64,000 nt of DNA, taken from a virus. The notes under the pieces are model-generated. The model was not told the origin of the DNA. It ran no database searches and worked only from the letters and a program-made list of their open reading frames with translations. Numbering within the stretch: the stretch's first letter is position 1; each line of letters opens with the position of its first letter. A program made the translations under genes and the position numbers. The stretch is from positions 1 through 64,000 of the IMG/VR virus record IMGVR_UViG_3300005573_000060; one strand, 5' to 3'. Positions 1-9,584 of the stretch are shown piece by piece.

Positions 1-1
1 T

Positions 2-127
2 TACTATATAATTCCTTGGTTAAATTGGAAAGAAAAATTAAATGATGAAAAAATTTACAAATTTTTTAACTTTACTGAAGAAGAAATAAATTTAATTGAA
101 ACTGTTGTCGAAGAGAATAAAGAATGA
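2..127 (+). CDS. C-terminal end (partial, window edge) of Eco57I/TaqI-like methyltransferase NPPY/TRD subunit, paralog of 377..1207
   Basis: Frame from nt 2 reads IPWLNWKEKLNDEKIYKFFNFTEEEINLIET, which aligns with VPWLDFSQNWNDEKLYKYFKLTKDEISFIET at the end of 377..1207. The TGA at 125-127 overlaps the next ATG (ATGA). Confidence 0.75.
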   Translation, partial: YYIIPWLNWKEKLNDEKIYKFFNFTEEEINLIETVVEENKE

Positions 128-326
128 CAGAATTAAATAAAAAACGAAAAGCCCGTCGTAAGCAAACAACAGATGACTCCACCTCATCTGCTTTAGTTAA
201 TGAAATGCTTGATAAACTTCCATCTGAAGTTTTCCAAGACTCTATTAAAACTTTTTGCGATATGGTGTAGAACTTATGGAGGATAATATAGAAGAGATGA
301 AACAAAGACTTATCAATTGTTCTTGA
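124..326 (+). pseudogene. Degenerate copy of the SAM-binding (motif I) methyltransferase subunit
   Basis: MTELNKKRKARR..LVNEMLDKLPSEVFQDSIKTFCD (stop at 270) and, in another frame, YGVELMEDNIEEMKQRL (261-326) both match 2312..2746. The intervening NSAGNGNF segment is deleted, with a frameshift. Confidence 0.8.
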
Positions 327-376
327 TTATACAACAGATAAAACTAATAAGTTTATTTAATAATAAAATATATCAT

Positions 377-1207
377 GTGAAATTTGATGTAGTAGTGGGA
401 AATCCCCCATATATGAATGGACTTCATTTATCATTTTTAGAGAAAGCATATGAAATATCTTCAAAATATGTTGTTTTTATTGAGCCTGCTAGCTGGTTAA
501 TATCTGAAAAAAACTATAAAAACAACACAAAAGAGAAAAGACTTAAAAAACTAATAGAGAAAAATATTCAACAGATAGACATTTTAAATCCAAACCCATA
601 TTTTAAAGGTGTAAATTTAGCCACACCAGCAGCTATCATCGTTTTAAATAAAGAAAAACATGATTATTCTTTTCTTTCGCATGATTTTATGAGAGAAAAA
701 ACATATACCTATAATCATATAGATGAAATAAGCAAATGGGGGAATGACCCTGAATATTTATCTTTAAAGAAAAAAATAATCGCTTATACAAAGTTAAACG
801 GCTCATTATTAGATCATATAAATGATAAAGGGAAATTTTATCTTAATTTTGCGTTAATTAGAGGACATGTTGCGTATGATGATAAAAACATGTTTTCAAT
901 TCCAGATTTTTTTACATTTGTTCCTAAAGATTTGACTATTCAACATGAAATGAACAAGGCGTTTGGGATAGGATTTGATACAGAACAAGAGTGTGTCAAC
1001 GCCCTGGAATATGTTAAAACTAAATTTTCACGTATGTGTCTTTCTATATTAAAAAATAATTTACATATAAACATGGGAGAATTAAATTTAGTGCCATGGC
1101 TTGATTTTTCGCAAAACTGGAATGACGAAAAGTTATATAAATATTTTAAATTGACTAAAGATGAAATATCTTTTATTGAAACAAATATACCAAAATACTA
1201 TGAATAA
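377..1207 (+). CDS. Eco57I-like N6-adenine DNA methyltransferase, NPPY catalytic/TRD subunit
   Basis: KFDVVVGNPPY motif IV, then FLEKA..VVFIEPASWL. The probable start is the GTG at 377 (ORF track opens at 317). No motif I in this ORF. Confidence 0.75.
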   Translation: MKFDVVVGNPPYMNGLHLSFLEKAYEISSKYVVFIEPASWLISEKNYKNNTKEKRLKKLIEKNIQQIDILNPNPYFKGVNLATPAAIIVLNKEKHDYSFLSHDFMREKTYTYNHIDEISKWGNDPEYLSLKKKIIAYTKLNGSLLDHINDKGKFYLNFALIRGHVAYDDKNMFSIPDFFTFVPKDLTIQHEMNKAFGIGFDTEQECVNALEYVKTKFSRMCLSILKNNLHINMGELNLVPWLDFSQNWNDEKLYKYFKLTKDEISFIETNIPKYYE

Positions 1208-1219
1208 AATAGAAAAACA

Positions 1220-1237
1220 ATGACGTTAGAAGAAAAA
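1220..1237 (+). repeat. Duplicated gene start ATGACGTTAGAAGAAAAA (MTLEEK), copy of 2312-2329
   Basis: 16/18 nt identical to ATGACACTAGAAGAAAAA at 2312. The two copies flank the HTH+HNH insert. Confidence 0.6.
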
Positions 1238-1514
1238 TTTCTTATGAAGTTGAATTTAACGAATATCTTACGTAAAGATCCTTTGCTGATCAGCCACTAT
1301 CATGTATAGGTTGTTATTGATGGTGAAGATTGGTTAGTACCAAATATTTAAAAGATTTAATGATATTTAATGACTGCTCTCAAACATAAGCGCAAATTTA
1401 GAAGAAAAGAAATAATGTTCAATAGCATATATTTCTATCCTATAAAAAGTGTTAAAATTTTGTTAAATAGTTAAAAATAGGTAAATTTAGTATAAATTCT
1501 TGAATATATATTAT

Positions 1515-1697
1515 ATGGAAGAACAGTGGTATACTTACGAACAAATTATTTCTATATTTGGAATTTGTAAACAAACATTAAATAATTGGAGAAAGAATGG
1601 AGTTATTCGATATAAAAAAATAACGAAGAAAACTTTCTTGTACCAACTTCCTGAAACTAAAAATATTCAAGAAAATGAATTATCAAAAAATTTATGA
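1515..1697 (+). CDS. Small MerR/excisionase-like helix-turn-helix protein
   Basis: YTYEQIISIFGICKQTLNNWRKNGVIRY has the MerR-type wHTH pattern. It overlaps the HNH gene start. Confidence 0.65.
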   Translation: MEEQWYTYEQIISIFGICKQTLNNWRKNGVIRYKKITKKTFLYQLPETKNIQENELSKNL

Positions 1698-2340
1698 TGC
1701 TATAATCGAAAAAGCAAAATCTGAAAATCGTAAAAAACGAAATGGAGTTTATTACGAAAATCATCATATAATTCCCAAATGCTTAAATGGATCTGATGAA
1801 AAAGAAAATTTAGTTTTATTAACAGCAAAAGAACATTTTATATGTCATAAATTATTAATTGAAATTTACCCCAATAATTATCACATGCAATTGGCTTTTG
1901 TTATAATGGCATTAAACGTGAGTAAAACTCATCAACGAATAAAACTTTCATCAAGAGATTTTGAATATGCTAGAAGATTACAAGTTATTGCGAATGCAGA
2001 AGCAAAACATGGAAATAAATATCGATTAGGAATAAGTCATAAACAACCAGATTCAGCTAAAAAACGAATAAGTGATTATACTAAAGAACATACACCTAAA
2101 TTTGCATTTAAAAAAGGACAAATACCTTGGAATAAAGGAAAAATAAATGTTTATTCAGAAGAAACAAAGAAAAAAATGGGTGAAAAAAATATAGGAAAAA
2201 TTCTTACTTTAGAACATAGAGAAAAAATAAGCAAAAAGAATATAGGAAAAAAGAAGGGCCCGATGACTAATGAACATCGATTAAAATTAGGAAAATCTTT
2301 AAGACAATATCATGACACTAGAAGAAAAACGAAAAAATAG
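1675..2340 (+). CDS. HNH homing endonuclease with NUMOD3-type DNA-binding repeats
   Basis: ENHHIIPKCLNGSDEKENLVLLTAKEHFICH HNH core. The C-terminus has PWNKGK and SEETKKKM/EHREKIS/EHRLKLG repeats. Confidence 0.85.
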   Translation: MNYQKIYDAIIEKAKSENRKKRNGVYYENHHIIPKCLNGSDEKENLVLLTAKEHFICHKLLIEIYPNNYHMQLAFVIMALNVSKTHQRIKLSSRDFEYARRLQVIANAEAKHGNKYRLGISHKQPDSAKKRISDYTKEHTPKFAFKKGQIPWNKGKINVYSEETKKKMGEKNIGKILTLEHREKISKKNIGKKKGPMTNEHRLKLGKSLRQYHDTRRKTKK

Positions 2341-2746
2341 AGTAAAAATTACTGCAGAGTGTTTTACTCCTTTCGAACTCGTCAATGAGATGCTCAACAA
2401 ACTTCCATCTGAAGTTTGGACTGACCCTACTAAAACTTTCATCGACAACTCTGCTGGCAATGGTAATTTTCTTGTAGTCATTCTTGCACGCAAACTTGCT
2501 CTTGGTCATGATCCTCTTCAAGCTCTCTCAACTATTTATGGAGTTGAGCTTATGCCTGATAACGTAGAAGAGATGAAACAACGGCTTCTCGATACACTTC
2601 TAGAAGCTCACCCGAATCTTGACGATACTCAAAAACAAAAAGCAATAGATATTATTAACCATAATATTGTTTGCCACGACGCTCTTACATGGGATTATGA
2701 AAACTGGTGTCCACCTAAACATACAAAAGCAAAGCCTCTTTTTTAG
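2312..2746 (+). CDS. N6-adenine DNA methyltransferase, SAM-binding (motif I) subunit
   Basis: ECFTPFELVNEML, FIDNSAGNGNFL (motif I) and IYGVELMPDNVE are present. The ORF ends before any NPPY motif. Confidence 0.8.
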   Translation: MTLEEKRKNRVKITAECFTPFELVNEMLNKLPSEVWTDPTKTFIDNSAGNGNFLVVILARKLALGHDPLQALSTIYGVELMPDNVEEMKQRLLDTLLEAHPNLDDTQKQKAIDIINHNIVCHDALTWDYENWCPPKHTKAKPLF

Positions 2747-2793
2747 TAAAGAATTCTCGCTCAAGAGAGATTTTTCAATAATTCAAGAAATTC

Positions 2794-2868
2794 GCCCCCG
2801 AGTGTCTCGAGTCTCCTGAGAGTCCAGATATTCTAAGCTAAGCTCTAGATCCATACCTTCCGGGGGGC
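2794..2868 (-). ncRNA. Candidate structured small RNA (GC-rich island)
   Basis: GCCCCCCG..CGGGGGC closing stem with an inner GGUAU/AUAUC stem and a UCUA(G)AGC/GCUUAGA stem. TATAAT lies on the minus strand at 2879-2884, just upstream. Confidence 0.35.
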
Positions 2869-2935
2869 TTAGGTACTTATTATATGGTTACTTTCGAAAA
2901 AGTTTCACTTTGTGTGTTAAAGTTGCGTTAAAATT

Positions 2936-3334
2936 TTACCATTCAGAGAGAAGAGCTCTTTTCCATCTATTTCCTACCCATATATATAGATAATTTCCAT
3001 CCGTAACGAGATGCATCGTCGATACATCTGATAAATTTTGTGGAAGTTGATTATATAATATATTATGATTGTTGAAAGGCTCAAAAAAGACATTCGGTGT
3101 TTTTATGTATGAGGAATTCACTTTTACTTTAAGAGTTGATGGATCTATGATTAATGTATCATTGTCAATATTCTTATAATTATTATCTTTTTGTACTAAA
3201 GTCTCAAAATCTTTATAAAGATTGTCTATAGATATATGCATCGGATATCTCCAAGAAGGAGAATTTAACTCCAAAAATACATTGGATTTATCGATAAATG
3301 TTGTATCAACTTCAGATATTCTTCCGGGCGCCAT
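2936..3334 (-). CDS. Small tail/baseplate-associated structural protein
   Basis: C-terminal DGNYLYIWVGNRWKRALLSEW motif typical of tail-fibre-associated domains. Last gene of the baseplate run. Confidence 0.45.
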   Translation of the reverse strand: MAPGRISEVDTTFIDKSNVFLELNSPSWRYPMHISIDNLYKDFETLVQKDNNYKNIDNDTLIIDPSTLKVKVNSSYIKTPNVFFEPFNNHNILYNQLPQNLSDVSTMHLVTDGNYLYIWVGNRWKRALLSEW

Positions 3335-3336
3335 TT

Positions 3337-6300
3337 TTACATAACTTTAATTAAACCTTCGTACTTTTTAGTAATAGCGTTTCCAAAAATATCATATGAT
3401 ATGCACTCAACATCATATGTTCCGGGTGTATCAAATATGTAAGGAACACTATCATTATACACTTTAAATAATATAGAGTCATTAAAGTGATCAGTTACAG
3501 TCCAGATATTTTTCTGATCTGTTAAGTATGTTGATGGGTCATAAATCGATCTTAGTATTACTAGTGTGCTTGCATCAACAACTATAGGTTTAGTATAATA
3601 ATAAAATTCGCTATTTATTAAATTATCTGATACATCATACCACTGTGAATTCACTTTGTTATGATCAAATAAAATGTTGATATAAGCAAATGTATTATCT
3701 AAATAATATTCCTGGCAATTTGAATCTTTTAGATAAATCTTGAAATTATTATTTTCTTCTTTAGCATCTTCAGTTAATAGAATTATATCTGAATAAGAAG
3801 AAAATGCATGTTTAACTTTAATGCTATATTTTAAAGGATTACTCAAAAAATAATTTGGAATGGGATAGTCAAATGTATGAGTACTTCCATTAACTTGAAG
3901 GACTCTATACGAAGATCCCCAAGAATATCCATTACTAAGGTCGGTTGCAATTACACCTACAAGTTGTCCAACTTCAAATTGATAACCACTAACATCTGCA
4001 ACAAATTTATTATCTATGTTACTGTAATTAACTATTGAGCGATATGTATCATTTATAATATAAATATCAGAAGATGTATCAAAGTAAATAGAAGATGGGA
4101 TGTTATCTAAAGTTAAATTATATCCAGAAACATTAACTATATGTGAACTGGCCTCTACTATTAAATCATAATTTCTTTTATCAAATTTCACTAATTTTAT
4201 ATCGTCATTTATATAAAATTTCTGATAATCTGGATCTATTGTAATTATGTTTCCGTTTATATTTGTAACTCTTTCAGTTAAATTATAGAATTTATTTATA
4301 GAATTTTTCTCGGGAACATCTTGAAAATATGTTATAGATGGAATGGATACATAAGGTTTTCCTTGAGAATCTATATTAAAAGTTAGGCCTTGAAGTGAAA
4401 TATACCTATCATATATAGGTTTATTATTATTTGATATAATTATACTAACATCATTTATATCAATAAATGTACTTGAACATACTACATTACACTTATCGTC
4501 TATTAAAGTATAAATAGTTGGTGATTTAATCCACACTGAATACGGTTCATTAGCAATACCATAGAACATTGTATTATAGTCATCCCAAGCAAAGACCTCT
4601 ATATTATAATTTCCTATATGATTAACGCTCATTTTGTATATACTGTTGTCAATTAATATAAAGCTTGAATTATTATTTCCAGTTCTTCCAGATGGGTCTG
4701 ACCAATAATATACACTTGGATCTATTTGATACAATCTCATTCTTGGTGATGTATAAACCGGATTAACTGTTATCATTTGTTCATTTAAGCTTGTATCATA
4801 ATCAAAATTTAAATAAATTGTTAAATTATCTGAAGAGTTTGTTGGATCTATTATTCCAGCATTCATTTCTATTTTTCCATCTATAATATCTAAATAATAT
4901 AATTTATCGAATAAATAGTTAACTCCGCTAGAGTCCATAGTTTTATAGTTCTTTACGCCAAAAAGTGGAACTTTATAGTTATCATCTATTGCATATTGAA
5001 GTAATGAATTTGTATTGGGATTAAGCGAAGGATAATCATAAAATTTATATATAACTCCAGAAGAAGCTTCCATTATATATCCATTTGAACATGGATCTGA
5101 ATAAAATGAATAAGAAATAGATTTATCCCATTCATCTACACTTGCATCTCTTAAATATCCTTTCTCTATATAAATTGTTAAAGAGGTAGATGTATCAAAA
5201 AATATTGAAGATGTATCAAATGTATTATAAAATCTTATATCATTTTCCAAGACAAATAAAGGATTTGAGACTAATGTTGAACCTATGACTCCGGCAAAAT
5301 CTTTTTCTGTTGATAATCTATATAAAACATCGTTTACGTTAACAAGAGGATAAGAAAGTGGAGCTCCGACTATTAAATAATCACTTGAATTTTCTAAGAA
5401 TGAGGGGTCATTCATAGAAAAATATCTACTTGGTTCTAATGGATTCCATGCATATTTGGCAAAATCTTCAAATTTATATGGTATATCAGATATTTTAAGT
5501 TTTGTCAATTCTAATAAAGACGCTTTTATATCTGCCTTTCCTTCTATTAATTCAGAAGATTTGTCTATTGCATAAGGAGTTAATTTTTGTTCTGCATTAT
5601 AATTAAATCCAATTCCACTTATATTATAAGATAAATTTCTAAATCTTTCTATATATATGCCTTCTCCTGTTATATCAACTATTCTACAGTTTACACCTAT
5701 TATATTTTTTTCTAACCAATTTTTTAACCCTAGTAATTTGACAAAAACTTCTTTAATATTATATGAGTAACAATTTTCAGTTATAGGAGTGCCCCAGATA
5801 TCAGTTTCTTCAGTTTCTCTATTTATACAATAATTAAGAGATAATTGATTAAGCTTTTTAAGTGTTTTTCTTTGATTACTGTCAAACATTAAAATTGTCT
5901 GTAATCTGTCTTTTGCATCATATGGAACAACAAAAGATATTTTTTTATTTTCTTTAACATTTAAAAACCATTCTCTAATATAGACGTCATCATATCCAAG
6001 CCACTTAATCGCATTTATTAAACCCTTGTATGTGCCAACATACGGCATTATTTTATCGTGTTCAAGAATAATATGTTTTGATTTATAGTTTAATATTTTC
6101 CAATCTGGAAGATCTTCATTTATATCAGTTTCTTTTAAAACTTGTTTGATGTTAACTGGATCTGGCAAACCAAAATTTTCTATATGTGTTCTAAATCTTT
6201 CATCTTCTCCTATAGCTTCAGCATTTACAATTACTTCTCCGATAACATATGCAGTATCATTAACTATATGGTATATTCTCATTCTTCTTTCAAAAACTCC

Positions 6301-6957
6301 CTCTTCTTCAGATCTAAATCCTATATTAAGTTGAAGAGGTGTATTCTTAGAAAATAAACTTACATCAAAAATTGCGGCGTCTCCCCAAGAAATCTCAGAT
6401 TTCTCTTCATCTACTTGAAAAAATGCTATTTCATCCTCTTCTCCAAAAAACTCAAATATTAATATAGAATCTGATGCATCATACGGTCTTATTAAATCTC
6501 CATTATCTAATTCTTCAAAGATATAAAGATGTTCAGTTTCAACTAATCCTACAGATACAGGTTTTAAAAAGATTGCGGCAGCAAATGTTGCAGATGGATA
6601 GCCAAATGTTTTATCTATATTTCCAAGTTTTAAACTACCAATTCCATAAGTGTATGTTTGCGTTGGATTAAATACTGAAACATTTATAAGATTTATAGAT
6701 GCTTCTGCAGGAGAAAGTGTGTATATTTCATCGTCGTATAAGTATTTATATGTTAATGTTATTTGATCCGGATCATCATAGAAATATCCACTATTTGTTA
6801 TTTTTGAAGATACGATTTTTCCACTTGCATCAGTTATAAGATATCCCTTTGCGTTCTTTCCTGCGGGTGAATTAAACGTCAATTGTATAAATGGATCAGC
6901 TACCCAATTAAGTAAACTTCCAGATTTATCGAATACTTTCCAATTACTTATATTCAT
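3337..6957 (-). CDS. Large baseplate wedge protein (gp7/gpI-like N-terminal region)
   Basis: VGTYKGLINAIKWLGY resembles the wedge gp7/gpI motif. It lies downstream of gp25 and gp6 and has 22 D-x-S sites. Confidence 0.5.
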   Translation of the reverse strand: MNISNWKVFDKSGSLLNWVADPFIQLTFNSPAGKNAKGYLITDASGKIVSSKITNSGYFYDDPDQITLTYKYLYDDEIYTLSPAEASINLINVSVFNPTQTYTYGIGSLKLGNIDKTFGYPSATFAAAIFLKPVSVGLVETEHLYIFEELDNGDLIRPYDASDSILIFEFFGEEDEIAFFQVDEEKSEISWGDAAIFDVSLFSKNTPLQLNIGFRSEEEGVFERRMRIYHIVNDTAYVIGEVIVNAEAIGEDERFRTHIENFGLPDPVNIKQVLKETDINEDLPDWKILNYKSKHIILEHDKIMPYVGTYKGLINAIKWLGYDDVYIREWFLNVKENKKISFVVPYDAKDRLQTILMFDSNQRKTLKKLNQLSLNYCINRETEETDIWGTPITENCYSYNIKEVFVKLLGLKNWLEKNIIGVNCRIVDITGEGIYIERFRNLSYNISGIGFNYNAEQKLTPYAIDKSSELIEGKADIKASLLELTKLKISDIPYKFEDFAKYAWNPLEPSRYFSMNDPSFLENSSDYLIVGAPLSYPLVNVNDVLYRLSTEKDFAGVIGSTLVSNPLFVLENDIRFYNTFDTSSIFFDTSTSLTIYIEKGYLRDASVDEWDKSISYSFYSDPCSNGYIMEASSGVIYKFYDYPSLNPNTNSLLQYAIDDNYKVPLFGVKNYKTMDSSGVNYLFDKLYYLDIIDGKIEMNAGIIDPTNSSDNLTIYLNFDYDTSLNEQMITVNPVYTSPRMRLYQIDPSVYYWSDPSGRTGNNNSSFILIDNSIYKMSVNHIGNYNIEVFAWDDYNTMFYGIANEPYSVWIKSPTIYTLIDDKCNVVCSSTFIDINDVSIIISNNNKPIYDRYISLQGLTFNIDSQGKPYVSIPSITYFQDVPEKNSINKFYNLTERVTNINGNIITIDPDYQKFYINDDIKLVKFDKRNYDLIVEASSHIVNVSGYNLTLDNIPSSIYFDTSSDIYIINDTYRSIVNYSNIDNKFVADVSGYQFEVGQLVGVIATDLSNGYSWGSSYRVLQVNGSTHTFDYPIPNYFLSNPLKYSIKVKHAFSSYSDIILLTEDAKEENNNFKIYLKDSNCQEYYLDNTFAYINILFDHNKVNSQWYDVSDNLINSEFYYYTKPIVVDASTLVILRSIYDPSTYLTDQKNIWTVTDHFNDSILFKVYNDSVPYIFDTPGTYDVECISYDIFGNAITKKYEGLIKVM

Positions 6958-6958
6958 A

Positions 6959-7237
6959 TCAATTTATTAGTGTTGTATTTTTATCATGCGCAATAGAAAA
7001 CCACTTTTTTATAGTTTTTGCGTTTTCTATTAAATTATTTAACATACCTTCTATTGTTGCAAATAAAGGCTCCTGAAGTGGATTAGCCCATAATTCTGGA
7101 GATGTCCCCTTCTTTAATAACTTTCCTCTATAATCATAGCCAAGATTTTTAATAACATCATTCATATGTTTAGCTTGACTATAATATGATGATCTTACTG
7201 TATATAATTTTCTTCTATCTGGAAATTTTGTTGCCAT
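6959..7237 (-). CDS. Hypothetical protein in baseplate operon
   Basis: 92-aa ORF packed tightly between two baseplate genes. Confidence 0.6.
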   Translation of the reverse strand: MATKFPDRRKLYTVRSSYYSQAKHMNDVIKNLGYDYRGKLLKKGTSPELWANPLQEPLFATIEGMLNNLIENAKTIKKWFSIAHDKNTTLIN

Positions 7238-7241
7238 ATGC

Positions 7242-9137
7242 TTATAAATTATTTACAATTGCAATATTAGCTTCTGAATTTAAATTTTTCTGTGTGTATC
7301 CACGAACTTGTATGTTTACTGATGATAGTTTATTTTTTTCCAATGAATCTTCATAGTATACTCCAGATTCATTTTCAAATCCGCCTCTTACTAATGGATA
7401 AATATCTCTTACTGGAACATTATTTCCAAATGCATCTTTAACATAACGCTCTAATATTATATCTCCATATTCATCAATTCCATAGTGTGTTTTGTAAATA
7501 TTAATATTATCTTTTGATGCATCAAACCATACATTAACGGAATCTACTCCATCTATATCTTCTATTGTTTTAACTAAATCAGAAACAGGTATTCTATCTC
7601 TTCTAGTATTTTTTAGAAAATAATCAGATGTTTTTGATATAATTTCCTGTCTAACTGCATCATATGTAGTTCCTTCCCATAATATCAATGACATATTTAA
7701 TGTGAATCTTGGAAATTGCAGATCAAGAATAGCATTATCTACTGTTAACATTCTCTGGCCACTTTGTTCAATTAAATCTAAAATTGCTAATTTTTCACTA
7801 TCTGATAAAATAAATGCGCTTAAAGGACATGTATAATAATTTTCATTTGCTGAAATTCTTTTATTTACATCCGGAATTAAAAATAAATAGATAGTGTTAT
7901 CATCTTTTTTCTGCTGTTCTAATTTATTTTGATAATAATATAAATTTTGTTGCGCTTGATCTAATTCAGGTTTTAAAGATAATGATTGAAGAGAATCAAC
8001 TCCATAATTTGATATAGTTCTTCTATATTGTTCATTTAATTGTTCATAAATAGTTTTTGATTGATTATATTTATCAAGAATGTATTTGTCTTCAAATGTA
8101 GCAAATCCTGGAATAGCATCAATAACTGTAAAAATATTCAATTTTCTTAAAAAGTAAATATAATTATCGGTATTAGCTAAAACAAAACTTCTAGAAACTT
8201 TAGGTGCTAATAATCTAGTTAAATAAAGAGGTTCTTCTGGAGCTCCAAACATTATTTCATTTTTTATACTAACTCTTAAATATTTATTAAGATCAATAGG
8301 ATCACCGGATAATGAATATGCAGATGTTGTAAATTTCCATGTATTATTTAAGTTACTTTTCATTTTATTAAGATTTCCTAAATCTCCATCTGTAATAAGA
8401 TACTCCACTAAAATAGTAGATCCCATTCTAGGGATAGCGCCATTATATCCATTTCCAAAAAATAAATCAATTCCTCCCGTTTGGCCAGTTTTAATCATAA
8501 CAGCTTTTTGATTAAAGGCCATATCTAATATAGAATCAACTACTTGCCATCTTTCTCCATCAATATAAACATTTACATAATATTGATCTATATATGAGCT
8601 CTTTTTATTTTGAATATTAAAAGATTGAAGAGGATCTCCTGATCCAGTAAGTTGTTGATACTCTATTTTTCCTTGCACAACATTAACATCTAACGTATTA
8701 TTAATGTTATCAAAATTAAATATGGCTTCTTCACCTGGTAAAACTATTGTATATGTTAAACCATTATCGCTATTTGCCAACATTGTGTAATTTGGTATTG
8801 AAACTTTTTGTACACCTAGCGGTAATTTTTCTCCTGTATATGATAAAGTTAGTGTGCCTCTTGCAGCCATTGCTCTTGATGGATTATGACCAGTTAAAGC
8901 AGCCAAGCCTCTTATACTTTGTGTTCTCGAGGCAGTTTTTATATTTAACTCGGTAATAGAATCTTCTATATAAAATAGAATCATTCTTCCATAATGTAAT
9001 ATAACTTGAAGTAATTGCCCCATTGGAGAAGCCATTGAGAAATAGTTCTCTACGTCATCATATTGTTTTTTTATAAAGTCAATGGCATCATTATATAATT
9101 CTGCAAATCTTATTCGAGCTGTATTAAAAATTTCCAT
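7242..9137 (-). CDS. gp6: Baseplate wedge subunit (T4 gp6-like)
   Basis: N-terminal SPMGQLLQVILHY..ELNIKTASRTQSIRGLAALTGHNP, GIDLFFGNGYNGAIP..ILVEYLITDG, and 631-aa length. Confidence 0.8.
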   Translation of the reverse strand: MEIFNTARIRFAELYNDAIDFIKKQYDDVENYFSMASPMGQLLQVILHYGRMILFYIEDSITELNIKTASRTQSIRGLAALTGHNPSRAMAARGTLTLSYTGEKLPLGVQKVSIPNYTMLANSDNGLTYTIVLPGEEAIFNFDNINNTLDVNVVQGKIEYQQLTGSGDPLQSFNIQNKKSSYIDQYYVNVYIDGERWQVVDSILDMAFNQKAVMIKTGQTGGIDLFFGNGYNGAIPRMGSTILVEYLITDGDLGNLNKMKSNLNNTWKFTTSAYSLSGDPIDLNKYLRVSIKNEIMFGAPEEPLYLTRLLAPKVSRSFVLANTDNYIYFLRKLNIFTVIDAIPGFATFEDKYILDKYNQSKTIYEQLNEQYRRTISNYGVDSLQSLSLKPELDQAQQNLYYYQNKLEQQKKDDNTIYLFLIPDVNKRISANENYYTCPLSAFILSDSEKLAILDLIEQSGQRMLTVDNAILDLQFPRFTLNMSLILWEGTTYDAVRQEIISKTSDYFLKNTRRDRIPVSDLVKTIEDIDGVDSVNVWFDASKDNINIYKTHYGIDEYGDIILERYVKDAFGNNVPVRDIYPLVRGGFENESGVYYEDSLEKNKLSSVNIQVRGYTQKNLNSEANIAIVNNL

Positions 9138-9147
9138 ATTTTATTTT

Positions 9148-9510
9148 TTATTTTACTAATATGCCTATCATTTTTTCATTATTTATAAAAATATCTATAA
9201 CAGCATAATCATATCCATCGGCTCTTCCAAATGAAACGACAGGTTCTATTTTATAATCTTTAGTTTCAGAAATATATTGACTAAATTGTGTTTTAATTTT
9301 TTGTTCTAATGCAGTTTTATTTATTTTTGTTTCAAATATTAGATCTTCTAGACCTACTCCAAATGCTAAATCGCCAAATACTTGTCCAGGTGTAGTTCCA
9401 AGTATCATTTTAATTTTCGATAATATAGATTCTATCACATCTGAATGCTCTAATACTCCATATTTATAATTAGGATCTTCGGGATTTCTTATATAGATAT
9501 CTCGTATCAT
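9148..9510 (-). CDS. gp25: Baseplate protein gp25-like (sheath initiator)
   Basis: ILSKIKMILGTTPGQVFGDLAFGVGLEDLIFE matches the GPW/gp25 signature. Adjacent to gp6. Confidence 0.8.
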   Translation of the reverse strand: MIRDIYIRNPEDPNYKYGVLEHSDVIESILSKIKMILGTTPGQVFGDLAFGVGLEDLIFETKINKTALEQKIKTQFSQYISETKDYKIEPVVSFGRADGYDYAVIDIFINNEKMIGILVK

Positions 9511-9519
9511 ATTTCTTTT

Positions 9520-9530
9520 TATTTATATAT
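9520..9530 (-). promoter_or_regulatory. T4-type late promoter (ATATATAAATA)
   Basis: TATAAATA on the minus strand, about 10 nt upstream of the gp25 start. Confidence 0.55.
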
Positions 9531-9541
9531 CTTTTAAAAAC

Positions 9542-9564
9542 AAAAAGGGAGACATGTCTCCCTT
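9542..9564 (-). terminator. Intrinsic terminator
   Basis: AAGGGAGA-CATG-TCTCCCTT hairpin with a T-tract on the minus strand, downstream of 9585..10166. Confidence 0.75.
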
Positions 9565-9584
9565 ATAGCTATTGTTTTTATAAC

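Noticed and set aside
1208-2340. Group I intron harbouring the HNH gene
   Set aside because: The upstream methyltransferase ends normally at 1207 and the downstream gene has its own start. No intron core was seen.
2794-2868. SRP (4.5S) RNA
   Set aside because: CCGGAAGG is present, but the CAGG/AGCAG internal loop is not arranged around it as in SRP helix 8.
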